Shown piece after piece: positions 1-9,789 of a stretch of DNA of 64,000 bases. The stretch's first letter is position 1, and the number at the start of each line of letters is the position of its first letter. Source of the DNA: Macrostomum lignano (lineage: Eukaryota); assembly GCA_002269645.1 (NCBI GenBank), contig NIVC01000732.1, positions 1 to 64,000 on the forward strand, read 5' to 3'. Below the pieces are notes generated by a model, which was given only the letters and a program-made list of their open reading frames with translations, was not told where the DNA came from and ran no database searches. Position numbers and translations under genes: made by a program.

Positions 1-102
1 CTAGTGAAGCAAAAGCAAATAATCCGCAAAATTTCTACACATAGAAGAGTGCGGATGCTAAAATACGGGTTTTATCAAATTCTCTACATTCTAATAAGCT
101 AG
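1..102 (+). CDS. 3' end of a small basic/hydrophobic element ORF (partial)
   Basis: Frame 1 is open from base 1 to TAG at 100-102: LVKQKQIIRKISTHRRVRMLKYGFYQILYILIS. A basic run followed by a hydrophobic tail, loosely like small core-type Polinton proteins. Confidence 0.3.
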   Translation, partial: LVKQKQIIRKISTHRRVRMLKYGFYQILYILIS

Positions 103-120
103 TGAAGAAAAAGAAACAAA

Positions 121-813
121 ATGAATAAGTTCTCAGAAATGGTTCTGATCCCCAAGTCAGAATACGACATGCTCACACAGAATTTGAAGCCAGTTGAGTC
201 TGAACTCGACACTGCTGTGAGATATGCGCAGAGGAAATGCAATGATATTTTGCTTGCCGAGGATTGCCCAGACGATGTGAAAGCTGCCATGTACCATGAT
301 GCGATGAAGAGTTTGCTGGCCAAGCGCAAGCGGACTGGAAAGGATGATGCGCGTACCTGCGAGTGATGCAAAGATGCTGAAAACTGATATTGCACCAAGC
401 AGCTGGGGGAAAAGATCACCCAATCCGTGCCGCAGAAGTTTAAAGCGAGAGCCCGCAGTCTATGGGCCATCCTATCTGGCAATCCTTCTCTGATTCGGGG
501 TGTCCGAAAATGGCGAGGCGCAAATTTGTGGGAAGACAATACCCTCCTCAAACATCCTGGATTTGTTTCACAGTGCCGTGAGGGATTCGAAATGTGCCAG
601 CGAGCCGGTGGCTGGAGTGAGTTTGTCTCATTGCTCCAAGATAAAAAGCTTAACATCCCAGCTTCGGCCATAGGAAAGTCAGTTAGGCAGCTAATTTCTA
701 AACCTGCTGTTTCTCCAGAGGCCGCCCCTGCTCATCATACAGTTAAAGGATTCGGGAGTGGGAGAGCTTGGCTACAGCTGAACAGGAAAAAACTATTTAA
801 GAAGGGGAACTGA
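121..813 (+). pseudogene. Conserved Polinton accessory protein, broken by several frameshifts
   Basis: Motifs joined across frames: EMVLIPKSEY..L, ILLAEDCPDDVKAAMY, VPQKFKARARSLWAIL, ENGEAQICGKTIPSSNILDL (alternate frame ~495-560) and GWSEFVSLLQDKKLNIPASAIG. This motif series is recalled from animal Polinton ORFs. Confidence 0.6.
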
Positions 814-853
814 GTCGGCTTCCCGATATCAGGCATCTTGAAACCATCCGATC

Positions 854-1350
854 ATGAACTATATTGACTTCCAAGGCTTCCCACGCGAGAGATCGAGCAG
901 AGATTTCGTTGTGAAGGAGCTAGCCATTGCCAAGTCCGGGCAGGCAGTTACCATATCACTCATCACGTGTACGCCTCTCCGTTCTCATGGGAGCGAATCT
1001 CACCTGAGATGCAGGTGCATTACAGAAAGCTCTCAAAGAATTTGCATCATTTCAAGTGGACAGATGGATCCCGATCGTACATGCATTTGGCAAATGACAT
1101 TCTAAACATTGCTTACGGCCCCACCTGGACAAGCGGGTGAAAAAGTCCATCTTTCTGACTGAGCTGCTTGGCAGACAGGTGTACAACCTAGAGGATCTGG
1201 GATCACCTTTGATTCAAGCATCTGATACTGGTTGTGCAGTGAAAAATGTATTGCTCTACTACAACTGGCTGAAGCCAAAGTTCTGTATCAACTTAAGAAG
1301 CGAGGTGTGCCCGCACCACTCAAAGGCTCTCAAAGACAGCACCACTGACA
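854..1350 (+). pseudogene. DEDD/RNase H-fold-like Polinton accessory protein, frameshifted
   Basis: YIDFQGF...FVVKELAI, then a shift to HVYASPFSWERI...LHHFKWTDGSRSY, then a shift to FLTELLGRQVYNLEDLGSP...CAVKNVLLYYNWL. Frameshifts at ~940 and ~1135. The 3' end is approximate. Confidence 0.55.
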
Positions 1351-1365
1351 GAAAGGACTCTCTAA

Positions 1366-1932
1366 ATGAGTACACCTGCGACAGCCCTGCGAGTGACCAA
1401 TCTGGTTGGCGGCGTGGATCTGAGGCTGGCTGGAGGCAGGGGTGCCCAGTTGCCTCTGCGGGAACTGGCTCTCAGCATGGCTCATGTCATCTATCGCCCC
1501 GTCTGGCCCCGAGTGCTCATCAAGAGGATGCGGAATCCCAGAGTGACTCTGTTGCTCTATCCGACTGGACAACTGAGTATCTGTGGCGCCCGGAGCTACT
1601 CGGCCTCAGTCAAGGCTGCCCGTCGCTTCGTGGCTATGCTGCATCGCAGAGTTCCGCCTCAACTGCTGCCTCGTCAATCCGTTTGTGTCCGAATTAAGAC
1701 TATTACTGCTTATGGAAAAATAGACTTGCCCAAGGCTCTATCACTAAGAAACCTCTGTGAAGTGCTACCGAATGCGAAATATGAACCTGAAAGTTTTACT
1801 GCTTTAGTTTGTCAGCTTCAATACTGCAAGTGTACGCTTTTTCACAATGGCTCATTTGTGCTCAGCGGAGCAAAGTCTAAGCATATGCTACAATCAGACC
1901 GTTCCCTATTAGCTTGCTTGCTTTCAAACTGA
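1366..1932 (+). CDS. Divergent TATA-box-binding protein (TBP)-like protein, 188 aa, intronless
   Basis: Two TBP repeats. Repeat 1: VTNLVG..LRELAL..YRPVWP..MRNPRVTLLLYPTGQLSICGAR (TBP: [41 protein letters not shown]). Repeat 2: IKTITA..YEPESFTAL..TLFHNGSFVLSGAKS (TBP: IQNMVG..YEPELFPGL..LIFVSGKVVLTGAK). A at -3 of the ATG; AATAAA signals at ~1935-1955. Confidence 0.85.
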   Translation: MSTPATALRVTNLVGGVDLRLAGGRGAQLPLRELALSMAHVIYRPVWPRVLIKRMRNPRVTLLLYPTGQLSICGARSYSASVKAARRFVAMLHRRVPPQLLPRQSVCVRIKTITAYGKIDLPKALSLRNLCEVLPNAKYEPESFTALVCQLQYCKCTLFHNGSFVLSGAKSKHMLQSDRSLLACLLSN

Positions 1933-2492
1933 AATAAATAAAAAGAAAGAATAAATCGCGGCTTGTTTAATTAAAATATTCAAATTAATTCTCTCTCATG
2001 CACTAGCTTTTTTGTCTTCATTTTTAATTGCAATGAAAAACCAGTGGTGAACATCTTGTAGAGATAAACAAATAGCAAGCTAAAAGCAAATACGAGCAAG
2101 CAGATAAACCACTACAAAAATAGGAAAAAATAGTCCAAAAGCAGATGGAATATATTAAAACTTATAAAGCAATATCAGGATTCAAAAAACCAACCACAAA
2201 GTACAGGTAAAATTAGAAAAAAATAAAACTCTCACATGCCATCACCGCAAACACCACCACCACCACTAACGAAGCATTGGTTTCATTATCATCATCGCGC
2301 AATTGTAAGTAAATATTGTGAAGCAAAAAATTGTTGCTAGCCTCAGCAGATGATCAAAGTTTTTATTGCATTTGGAAAAAATCCTATTTAGATTAGCGGT
2401 TAACCTTTATTCAATGTCAAAGAAAGAAACTTTGAAATCGCAAAGAAATTATTGTTTTTGTTTAGCAAGCTTGTTGTACTCATTATTCAATT

Positions 2493-2538
2493 TCAAAGTA
2501 GTCGGCGCCGTTTTGATGATTTCTGCTGCTGTTGCTGC

Positions 2539-2569
<31 letters not shown>

Positions 2570-2580
2570 GCTGCTGTTGC

Positions 2581-2649
<69 letters not shown>

Positions 2650-5600
2650 AGCAGCCGAATGTGACCAAATGGGAGACTATAGTTAGGGCTCAGCCAAGCG
2701 CGCTTGTCTTCCCAAATGCTTAAGGCACACTTCCGCTGCTGCAAAGTGTACAGTCGGTGATGGATGCTGGCAATACGATGAACAACGACAGAATGGCTGC
2801 AGAGCTCATTGAACACCCTTAGGTAGTCACTGTGAGCCAGCTCTTTCTTAACAATGCATCCTTGAACTCCTTTGGCCTTCTTCTTTTCCGCGGCTTGGCT
2901 ACTCGCCTTGAATGAGTAAAGCTTCGGCCTTAGGAGCAGCCACTCCTCAAAGCGAGCACCGGCTGCTTCATCCTTAATGCAGCCAAGTCGCGCTTTTAAA
3001 TCATTCGAGAATAGCGCGTGCTCTTGAGGATAGTTTGAAGTGTCGAGCAGCTGCTTCGACTTCAACAGCGGTAGAACTTTAGACTGAACGCTCATGTTGC
3101 TGATTGAGAGAAAGAAAGAATCGGTATCACCACCGCATAGCTTGATGACACCTCCATCGTTCTCTATCCAGGGCTTCAGTTTGTCGTAAAACAGCTCGTA
3201 CATAATCATTTTCGAAAAGTCTAGGACGCATTGCCCGATAAAAATAGGCCGATCGAGCTTTAATTTTGTCTTTTGCAGTTCCAAAACGCTTAGTGAATCA
3301 GTAATTATGATAAAATTGGTAATTGTCGGCTTGGCAAGCAGTACCTTTACCTTTTCCACGTTGGTGCAGACTCGAATATCACGCCGCTTTCGCACATTCT
3401 CCATAGTTTTGCCGAATAGCGCGTTATTCTTTAACTTGTAGAAATCCTTTTCGAAGTTGGTTTTCGCTGCAGCCCGCTTCTGGCTATTTTTCTCGACGTA
3501 GGCAGCAAAGAGAGGCTCTTGGTGAAACTCAATCATGCGATTGATGCGTCTAACCCGCATTCCATGGTTCAGGTAGAACGCCAAAATAGAGGAATGAACC
3601 ACATAGGAAGGCTTATCGTGACAAGTGAGCATCAGCTTCTCTGTCGGATGATAGGTGGAGTTCTCCGTACCGACCTTTTCCCACAGCTGCTGCATGTATT
3701 CAGGAAATTCCCTGAAATTAGGGGCAGCCTTTTCCGGCGCAAATGGCAGGTCTTCGGTGGTTTCGTGAATCTCTGGGGGATACTCAAGGTCAACATCAAA
3801 GAGGTAGGCGAGTGGATCGGTTAGCTTGAGTCCTCGAATGCGATCTTCAGTCCACAAAAGCAGCTCATCATCGTCCAGCCAACGGAATCCTCCGACTGGT
3901 AAGTTCATAGTGAGCGCCTGTCCATACAGGTTGTTTGCATCCACAGCAAGAAGCTCGGTGAGCCAGCATGAATAGTAGGAGTGCCACCATCAACATCCTC
4001 ATTGCTGTCAACACCAGTGCTGGCGCCCGCTGCTGAGGTAGCCTGCACTTTGTGGATGTTAACAAACGACATGCCGCCGCGAATGCCGCGCTCAAACAGC
4101 GAATACATCTGCGCATCTGTTAGCAGTTCAATCCCTGACTTGATGGATTTCAATGCCGAAGCGAATGATAGGCCTGGTGTCGAAATAAAATGGACTGGAT
4201 CAAGGCCATCCTCTTGCATGCTGATCTTGCGAAAATTTTCAAAAATATCAGCCAACTGCCTGATGTCGAGCTCGAGGTAGCACAGCATGTACTCTTTTAG
4301 ATTTGAAACCTGAAATTCTCGCCAGGCGCGTTGAGCATGCTCATAGTCAGAGTTGGTGCAGTGGCTCTTAGTCAGAGCATTGTAGAAGCTCTCTTGGCTG
4401 GGAAGCACGGCATCCTTCAGCACGTCTGAATTTTTAAGATAGTCATACGGGAAAACTCCCTTGCTGAAAAGCACTTCGGATGATAGCAGTGGGAATCTGC
4501 TGCTGCGTAGGCGACTAGTGATACGACATTCAGCCTCTGGTAAATTTTTGATGAGCTGTGAGAGGCTGGCATTAAGAAATTGATTCGAATCAATGAACTG
4601 AATAGTAAAATTTAAAGGCTTGATCTTGCCCTCACTCTCATACTCGCCGATTTTAAATTCGATTTTCATCGACAGAAACTGCTCTGGATTCAGAGGGATG
4701 ACGGAGATTTTCCAACCCTCCATCAGACCCAAAGCGGATGACATCATGAGATGGAGATCGTACCCCTTGAAATTGTGGAACACGACGGGAAGGAAAGACC
4801 TCTTTAGTCTGGCCTTCATATTACAATCAGCACACGCAGCTCCCCGAAATTCTCCGCTGAGGTGGTCGTGATCCCAATGTTTATTGGACCCTTCCGTGAA
4901 TTCGCTTCTACAATAGCAGCAAGCTGTGGCTTCTCTGAACTGTCGCCCTGCCATCTCTGTTCTTATCGCTGCTTGTCGACTGAACTCCGTGTTCCAGCCG
5001 TAAACTTCACGAGCGAGCTTCTCCAGCGATTGCAGGAAATCGGAAATGCACTTATTAGGATCGTCGCTGACAAAAGTGCTCACTTTATCATCCGCTCCTC
5101 TGGGCGCTAGACCAGTCATCCCTTCTCTGTGCAGCACGATGTAGCCAGCAGCAACAGCAATGTGCTCAGTTAACTTCTTCGTTGCTATACCAGCAATCGA
5201 ATCTTCTTGGCATGGAGCATTCAATGCTTCGAAGTCGGCGTAAACAACAAATGGCGGACTAATTGTTTTTTCCCATGATGAGAATCGGAGAATATTATTC
5301 CTTTCATCCGGCAACTCTTCCTTTACGTTGATCACTCCAGGTTGACAAGGAGCTCGGCTGTGTTCTTCAAAGGCTGCATCACTATGAAAGGGCAGCAAGC
5401 AGCGCTCACACCACTTCCGCCGATGCAGAGCTGCCTTGCTATTAAGAAGCCTGTTGATGCTTGAAACAGCACACCAATGACCCGAGGCCTCGTCTTCTGA
5501 TGGTGGAATAAATAAGAGTAGAACAACTTCTCGATCTTTAATTGTAGCTGCAGTAGGCAAGCGGAGGACTTGAGCGCTCTCTTTCTCCCAGATGAAAACC

Positions 5601-6805
5601 GTGAAGCAAAGTCTCGGGTTCAGTCTCTCAACAATGGAAAGGTCGGTGACATTGATTGGCAAGTCAATTCCACTCATGTTAAGTTCATCCAGCCAGTCAG
5701 TGTAGGAAGACTCGCGTTGCGCTGATTTCTTTATTTTGTTGTCTTCCTTGTGCAGAAAAGCAAGGCATGCGTAAAGAAAGCAATTTACACCATTGCTTGG
5801 AGGACAAATAACCGCCTTCTTCCGAAGAAGTGGAGTCGGTAGAATAAATTCCGCAGCATGCCCCGTGTAGTAGGAAACTCGTTCGACGAGAGCTGAGTAA
5901 AGTTCAAAAAAATTGATTTTTTCAATTATCCAGCCACTACCGTTGGTGTTGTAGACATCGACTTTGCGCTCCAGCTCTGTAAACTGCTGTCTCCACCAAT
6001 CATCAAACTCCTGTATATCTACCACCAATCCGAGTTGTGTGCTCATCCATTTATCCTCCCCCTTGACAGCTTCTGACGCCTGCACTCTGACCATGCGCAA
6101 ATTCAGTTTGATCTGAGCTTTAACAGAGCAATTATCCGAAGAGTCGAAGCGAATTTCAAGACACTGCTGCACTGCGATTTTGCAGAAATCGAGAAACTCG
6201 AATGTTTCAGTGGCAGCTCCAGGTGTAAATCGATGAACTTGAAGAACATCTTCGTGAGCGCTGGTTTTTAACGCCAGGGTGAATGAAGGTCCTACAATTG
6301 AAGAAGGGAAGATAGTATTAAAAAATATTTATGGAAAGTGGAAATGATGAGAAATGTCTCTGGGAGTTATGGAAGTCGAATATTTTATTGCCCTTTTTTA
6401 CACTTACGAGTATACTATTTATCCTACTACCTTATATCTAGATTTAATATTTTTTTATTAATCAATACGAGCTACGTATAAGTGTAAAAAAATAATTTGA
6501 AGAGTTATTATTGAAGAAATAGATGGAGTTCTGCTTTCGCATTTTTGTCAATTCATCTAATGAGGAATAAAAATGTCTCATTATTGTGAGTTCTCCGGCT
6601 TAATCCTGTTGGGAACCATTTGGGAATTGTTGTGTAGGCGAGAAAAATATAAATAATTCCGTTGCTAAGAGACAGGAATGCAACAAACAGAAATGCATGA
6701 GTTCATAAAACCAGCAATGGAATGAAAAAACTTACCACTCGGTCCAAATTCGTGGCTGACAGCTGGGTCCACCGGCTCGTCCTCTCGACTCGATGGGGTG
6801 GCCAT
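2493..6805 (-). CDS. polB: Protein-primed family B DNA polymerase (pPolB), ~1290 aa. Exon 1 6805-6736, exon 2 from 6291; single frameshift at ~3945-3960
   Basis: C2H2-like CERC..EEH; ExoI YADFE; endonuclease VII-like DHDHLSGEFRGAACADCN; ExoII HNFKGYD; ExoIII YLELD; Pol motifs DANNLYG, KLKNNALFGK, GGDTDS, RPKLY, KAKGV. The frame stays open upstream of 6172 to a splice acceptor at 6292. Confidence 0.93.
2522..2650 (-). repeat. CAG/CAA microsatellite encoding a ~40-residue polyQ at the pPolB C-terminus
   Basis: (GCT)n/(GTT)n on the plus strand; the ORF ends RLL-polyQ-KSSKRRRLL. Confidence 0.95.
6292..6735 (-). other. Predicted 444-nt spliceosomal intron in pPolB
   Basis: Donor G|GTAAGT at 6735; pyrimidine tract plus TTGTAG| acceptor at 6292. 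Phase 1 join: MATPSSREDEPVDPAVSHEFGPS-G|GA-PSFTLALK, in frame with the 755-aa ORF. Confidence 0.75.
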
Positions 6806-7493
6806 TGCAGAGAATTAATATTAGAAATAGAGCGACATTTAGTGAAGAACTCAATGCTGCTGAAATTCCAGTGTAAAAGTGTTGTTTGATAAATTTAACC
6901 CAAGTGCAATTCTGTCAGAGATGTAGTGGAGTGATAAATTTCCAGCATTCAGAGCTCTATGGAGCAGAAATTGAATCTAACCAAAGTCATGCTTGACAAA
7001 CCAAATTCATGTCATTCTAAACATTGGGTATCATAGATCATCAATCCCATATTATACTCATAGAGTTGAGTAGATGCTGTGAACCTAACGGTAATTCTAT
7101 AAGCGAGTGAACCTATAACTTCTTCGAAGATATTCACATGATTGAAAAAAAACAAGTAATGAATTCAACAAAGTCCAAGAAAGTGCAAAAGCTTTCATTA
7201 AAAGCAACCATCAATCCATTATATTTCTGGTAAAGCATTTCGCAATGCAAAAAATCATGCTCGTTAGTCACCCTACTAATTAAAGCTGCTTATTAAAGCT
7301 TTATTATAAGAATAAGTTTGAACAGTAAGCCTAAATTATTTTCTTTTTCACTTTGTTTATGAGAAACCTGTATGAGCACGATGAGGTGCAACGTAATTAG
7401 TTAATATTTATGCAGGGTAGAATGCATTGGTTTTACCCTAAAAATCTACAAATCTCGTTTCCCCTACTTTTAAATACTTTGAACTGGGACACT

Positions 7494-8852
7494 TTAAGAG
7501 CTACTTAAGCGAATGCGAGTTCCTCCCCCAAGGTCAATAAAATACTCGCCCTCGACTCTGCTCGGTAGTACCAGCTGAATGCAGACTGACGGTGGCATCG
7601 GTGGCATGGCTTCTACGACTGGGATGTCACCGGTTTGGATTTCTGGTGCAGCCGGTGGAGTAGGAGGTTCGAATTCTCGCAGGAGATCGGATAGGCTTGC
7701 TTCTGCCATCATTCTGGCTTGCTCCATATTTTTTCCTGCGACTGGAACAGGCCTGTAGGGTGGCATCTGTTGCTGCTCAGCTTCTTCATTTGCCAGCTCA
7801 ACAGGCTCCAAATCGACATCCTCGAAGAAGGCAGTATCCAACTCCGAAGGAGCTGCAAAACCAGTGGAATCGTCAGCTGGGAGGCCGGCATCAGCAGTTG
7901 GAAGGCCGGCACTGTCAGCTGGGAGGCCGGCATCAGTAGTTGGAAGGCCGGCACCGTCAGCTGGGAGGCCGGCATCAGTAGTTGGAAGGCCGGCACCGTC
8001 AGCTGGGAGGCCAGCATCAGTAGTTGGAAGGCCGGCACCGTCAGCTGGGAGGCCGGCATCAGTAGTTGGAAGGCCGGCACCGTCAGCTGGGAGGCCAGCA
8101 TCAGTAGTTGGAAGGCCGGCACCGTCAGCTGGGAGGCCAGCATCAGTAGTTGGAAGGCCGGCACCGTCAGCTGGGAGGCCGGCATCAGTAGTTGGAAGGC
8201 CGGCACCGTCAGCTGGGAGGCCGGCATCAGTAGTTGGAAGGCCGGCACCGTCAGCTGGGAGGCCGGCATCAGTAGTTGGAAGGCCGGCACCGTCAGCTGG
8301 GAGGCCGGCATCAGTAGTTGGAAGGCCGGCACCGTCAGCTGGGAGGCCGGCATCAGTAGTTGGAAGGCCGGCACCGTCAGCTGGGAGGCCGGCATCAGCA
8401 GCTGGCGCAGCGGTTGAACCAAAAAAATCTGATTGCTGCTCCACAGCGGCAAGTGCAGCGGCAAGCAGATCAAAGTTTGCATCGGTAGCGTGCTGAAAAT
8501 CTTCATCAGGCTGCTGAAAGACGCCCTGAATTGTCTGGCTGAGTGCGCTGACCGGTGCTCGACTGCGCTCGATAATGTTGAGCTGCTCTTGACGCTGGGC
8601 AGCCTCCAAGGCAGCAAAGCGGGCTCGTTTTAAATCTCCAGGTGAGCTCCAGTTAATAATAATGTGGTTTTTGTGAGCTCGAACTTGCTGGCGCACATTA
8701 AAGAGCTCACGCGTCTGGCACTCGTGGCAAAGCAGCCAGCGACTGACATTGCAGCTGCTTTTCATTTTGTGACGTTTTAAGCCACCGAGCTCACATGAGT
8801 TGCAGGAAATGCATACCTCGTACACATATGAAGGGCAGCGCGATTTATTCAT
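7494..8852 (-). CDS. 452-aa terminal element protein: Cys-rich N-terminus, 14-aa repeat array, acidic/Pro-rich C-terminus
   Basis: Intact ORF with CISCNSC and LLCHEC motifs, (DAGLPADGAGLPTT) x~12, then FFEDVDLEPVELANEEAE. TATA box upstream. Confidence 0.7.
   Translation of the reverse strand: MNKSRCPSYVYEVCISCNSCELGGLKRHKMKSSCNVSRWLLCHECQTRELFNVRQQVRAHKNHIIINWSSPGDLKRARFAALEAAQRQEQLNIIERSRAPVSALSQTIQGVFQQPDEDFQHATDANFDLLAAALAAVEQQSDFFGSTAAPAADAGLPADGAGLPTTDAGLPADGAGLPTTDAGLPADGAGLPTTDAGLPADGAGLPTTDAGLPADGAGLPTTDAGLPADGAGLPTTDAGLPADGAGLPTTDAGLPADGAGLPTTDAGLPADGAGLPTTDAGLPADGAGLPTTDAGLPADGAGLPTTDAGLPADSAGLPTADAGLPADDSTGFAAPSELDTAFFEDVDLEPVELANEEAEQQQMPPYRPVPVAGKNMEQARMMAEASLSDLLREFEPPTPPAAPEIQTGDIPVVEAMPPMPPSVCIQLVLPSRVEGEYFIDLGGGTRIRLSSS
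7875..8400. repeat. 42-bp coding minisatellite (~12.5 copies, 21-bp sub-repeat)
   Basis: Unit GGCACCGTCAGCTGGGAGGCCGGCATCAGTAGTTGGAAGGCC. Confidence 0.95.
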
Positions 8853-8946
8853 TCCAAATTTTTTAATGTTTGAATAGAAAAATCAAATTGAAGTTAAATT
8901 CAAATTAGAAGTAGAAACTTATGTCCCGTATTCAAGTATACGGTGT

Positions 8947-8954
8947 CTTATATA
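8947..8954 (-). promoter_or_regulatory. TATA box candidate for the 452-aa ORF
   Basis: TATATAAG on the minus strand, ~95 nt upstream of the ATG at 8852. Confidence 0.5.
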
Positions 8955-8992
8955 CCTCGCTTATTCGAATCTGTGTTAATAAAAACATAGCC

Positions 8993-9039
8993 GCTATGTT
9001 TACAGCTTAGCTATGTTTACAGCTTAGCTATGTTTACAG
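8993..9039. repeat. 17-bp tandem repeat x~3 upstream of the TATA box
   Basis: GCTATGTTTACAGCTTA twice plus a partial third copy. Confidence 0.85.
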
Positions 9040-9499
9040 TCAGTAACCCAGCCGTCTCAGAAACCGGTTTTTTAAAATAATTTTATTAGAAAACCCAGAT
9101 ACAGAGCCTCTATTGAAAGCATACATGTACAAAAGTTCCTTTGCACTTGCCGCCAACTGGAACTCCCGACCAGACTGGGGAGCAATAAAACTGATAATTA
9201 TTGAGCGTCCAATTCCATTTAGCAACACACCCACCACCCCAAGAAAGGGGGAGATGCTTGGCTATTATAATCTTATTAAAGCAGCATCTTGTTATTGAAA
9301 CTTTTGCCTAATTAATAGGCAAAAGTTTCAATTAATTCCAAAATTCCAAAATCCTTAAATTCCAAAATCAAGTGATTTTTCAACAGTTGGTAGCTCAAAT
9401 TTTAGACATGAATTGCAAATTGATTTTATTGTAATCATTGAAATAAAGACACGCCCCTCCTCCTTTTACGATACCCGATGGAATATTAAATGTCATTCA

Positions 9500-9789
9500 G
9501 AAGCAAAGCATTGCCTGGTTTTATGAACCGAACCGCCTGTGTCCGTCGTAGCAGAACACGCATTTGCCAATACTCATTCATTGCGGTTAACGGAATTCCC
9601 GCGGAGCCCCACCCCATTCGCAAATACTTGCACCAATGTACTCTCACTAGGAGGTCTCACGGAATTTCCATGGCCTGCCCTGCGGCAGAGTCGCTCAATG
9701 GATTTACATAGGCCCGTATGTTCACTCACTAGGGCCCATGGCTTTTCCACGGAAATTCCTGCGGCAGAGTTCTGTTATCCCATACTACT
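9500..9789. repeat. Candidate right terminal inverted repeat of the Polinton
   Basis: GC-richer block with internal repeats (CTCACTAGG, CACGGAA, CCTGCGGCAGAGT, each twice) ending in ACTACT. The partner TIR is not in the window and the inner boundary is unknown. Confidence 0.55.

Larger units (their letters stand above)
1..9789. mobile_element. Polinton/Maverick (adintovirus-like) endogenous element, right-hand part; left part lies before base 1
   Basis: Protein-primed PolB gene, ORFs with motifs I recognise from animal Polinton accessory proteins, and a terminus reading ...CATACTACT-3' at 9781-9789 (AGTAGTATG on the minus strand, the AG/AGT-repeat end typical of Polintons). Capsid, ATPase, protease and integrase genes are not in the window. 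Confidence 0.85.

Noticed and set aside
99-671. 190-aa minus-strand ORF, and other antisense ORFs over PolB, RT and LRRK2 exons
   Set aside because: They are shadow frames of better-supported genes on the opposite strand.
3930-3965. Programmed -1 ribosomal frameshift in pPolB
   Set aside because: No slippery heptamer or obvious downstream structure; a simple indel explains it.
6840-7250. Possible decayed minus-strand ORF between the 452-aa gene and pPolB
   Set aside because: Only short open stretches with stops and no recognisable motif.
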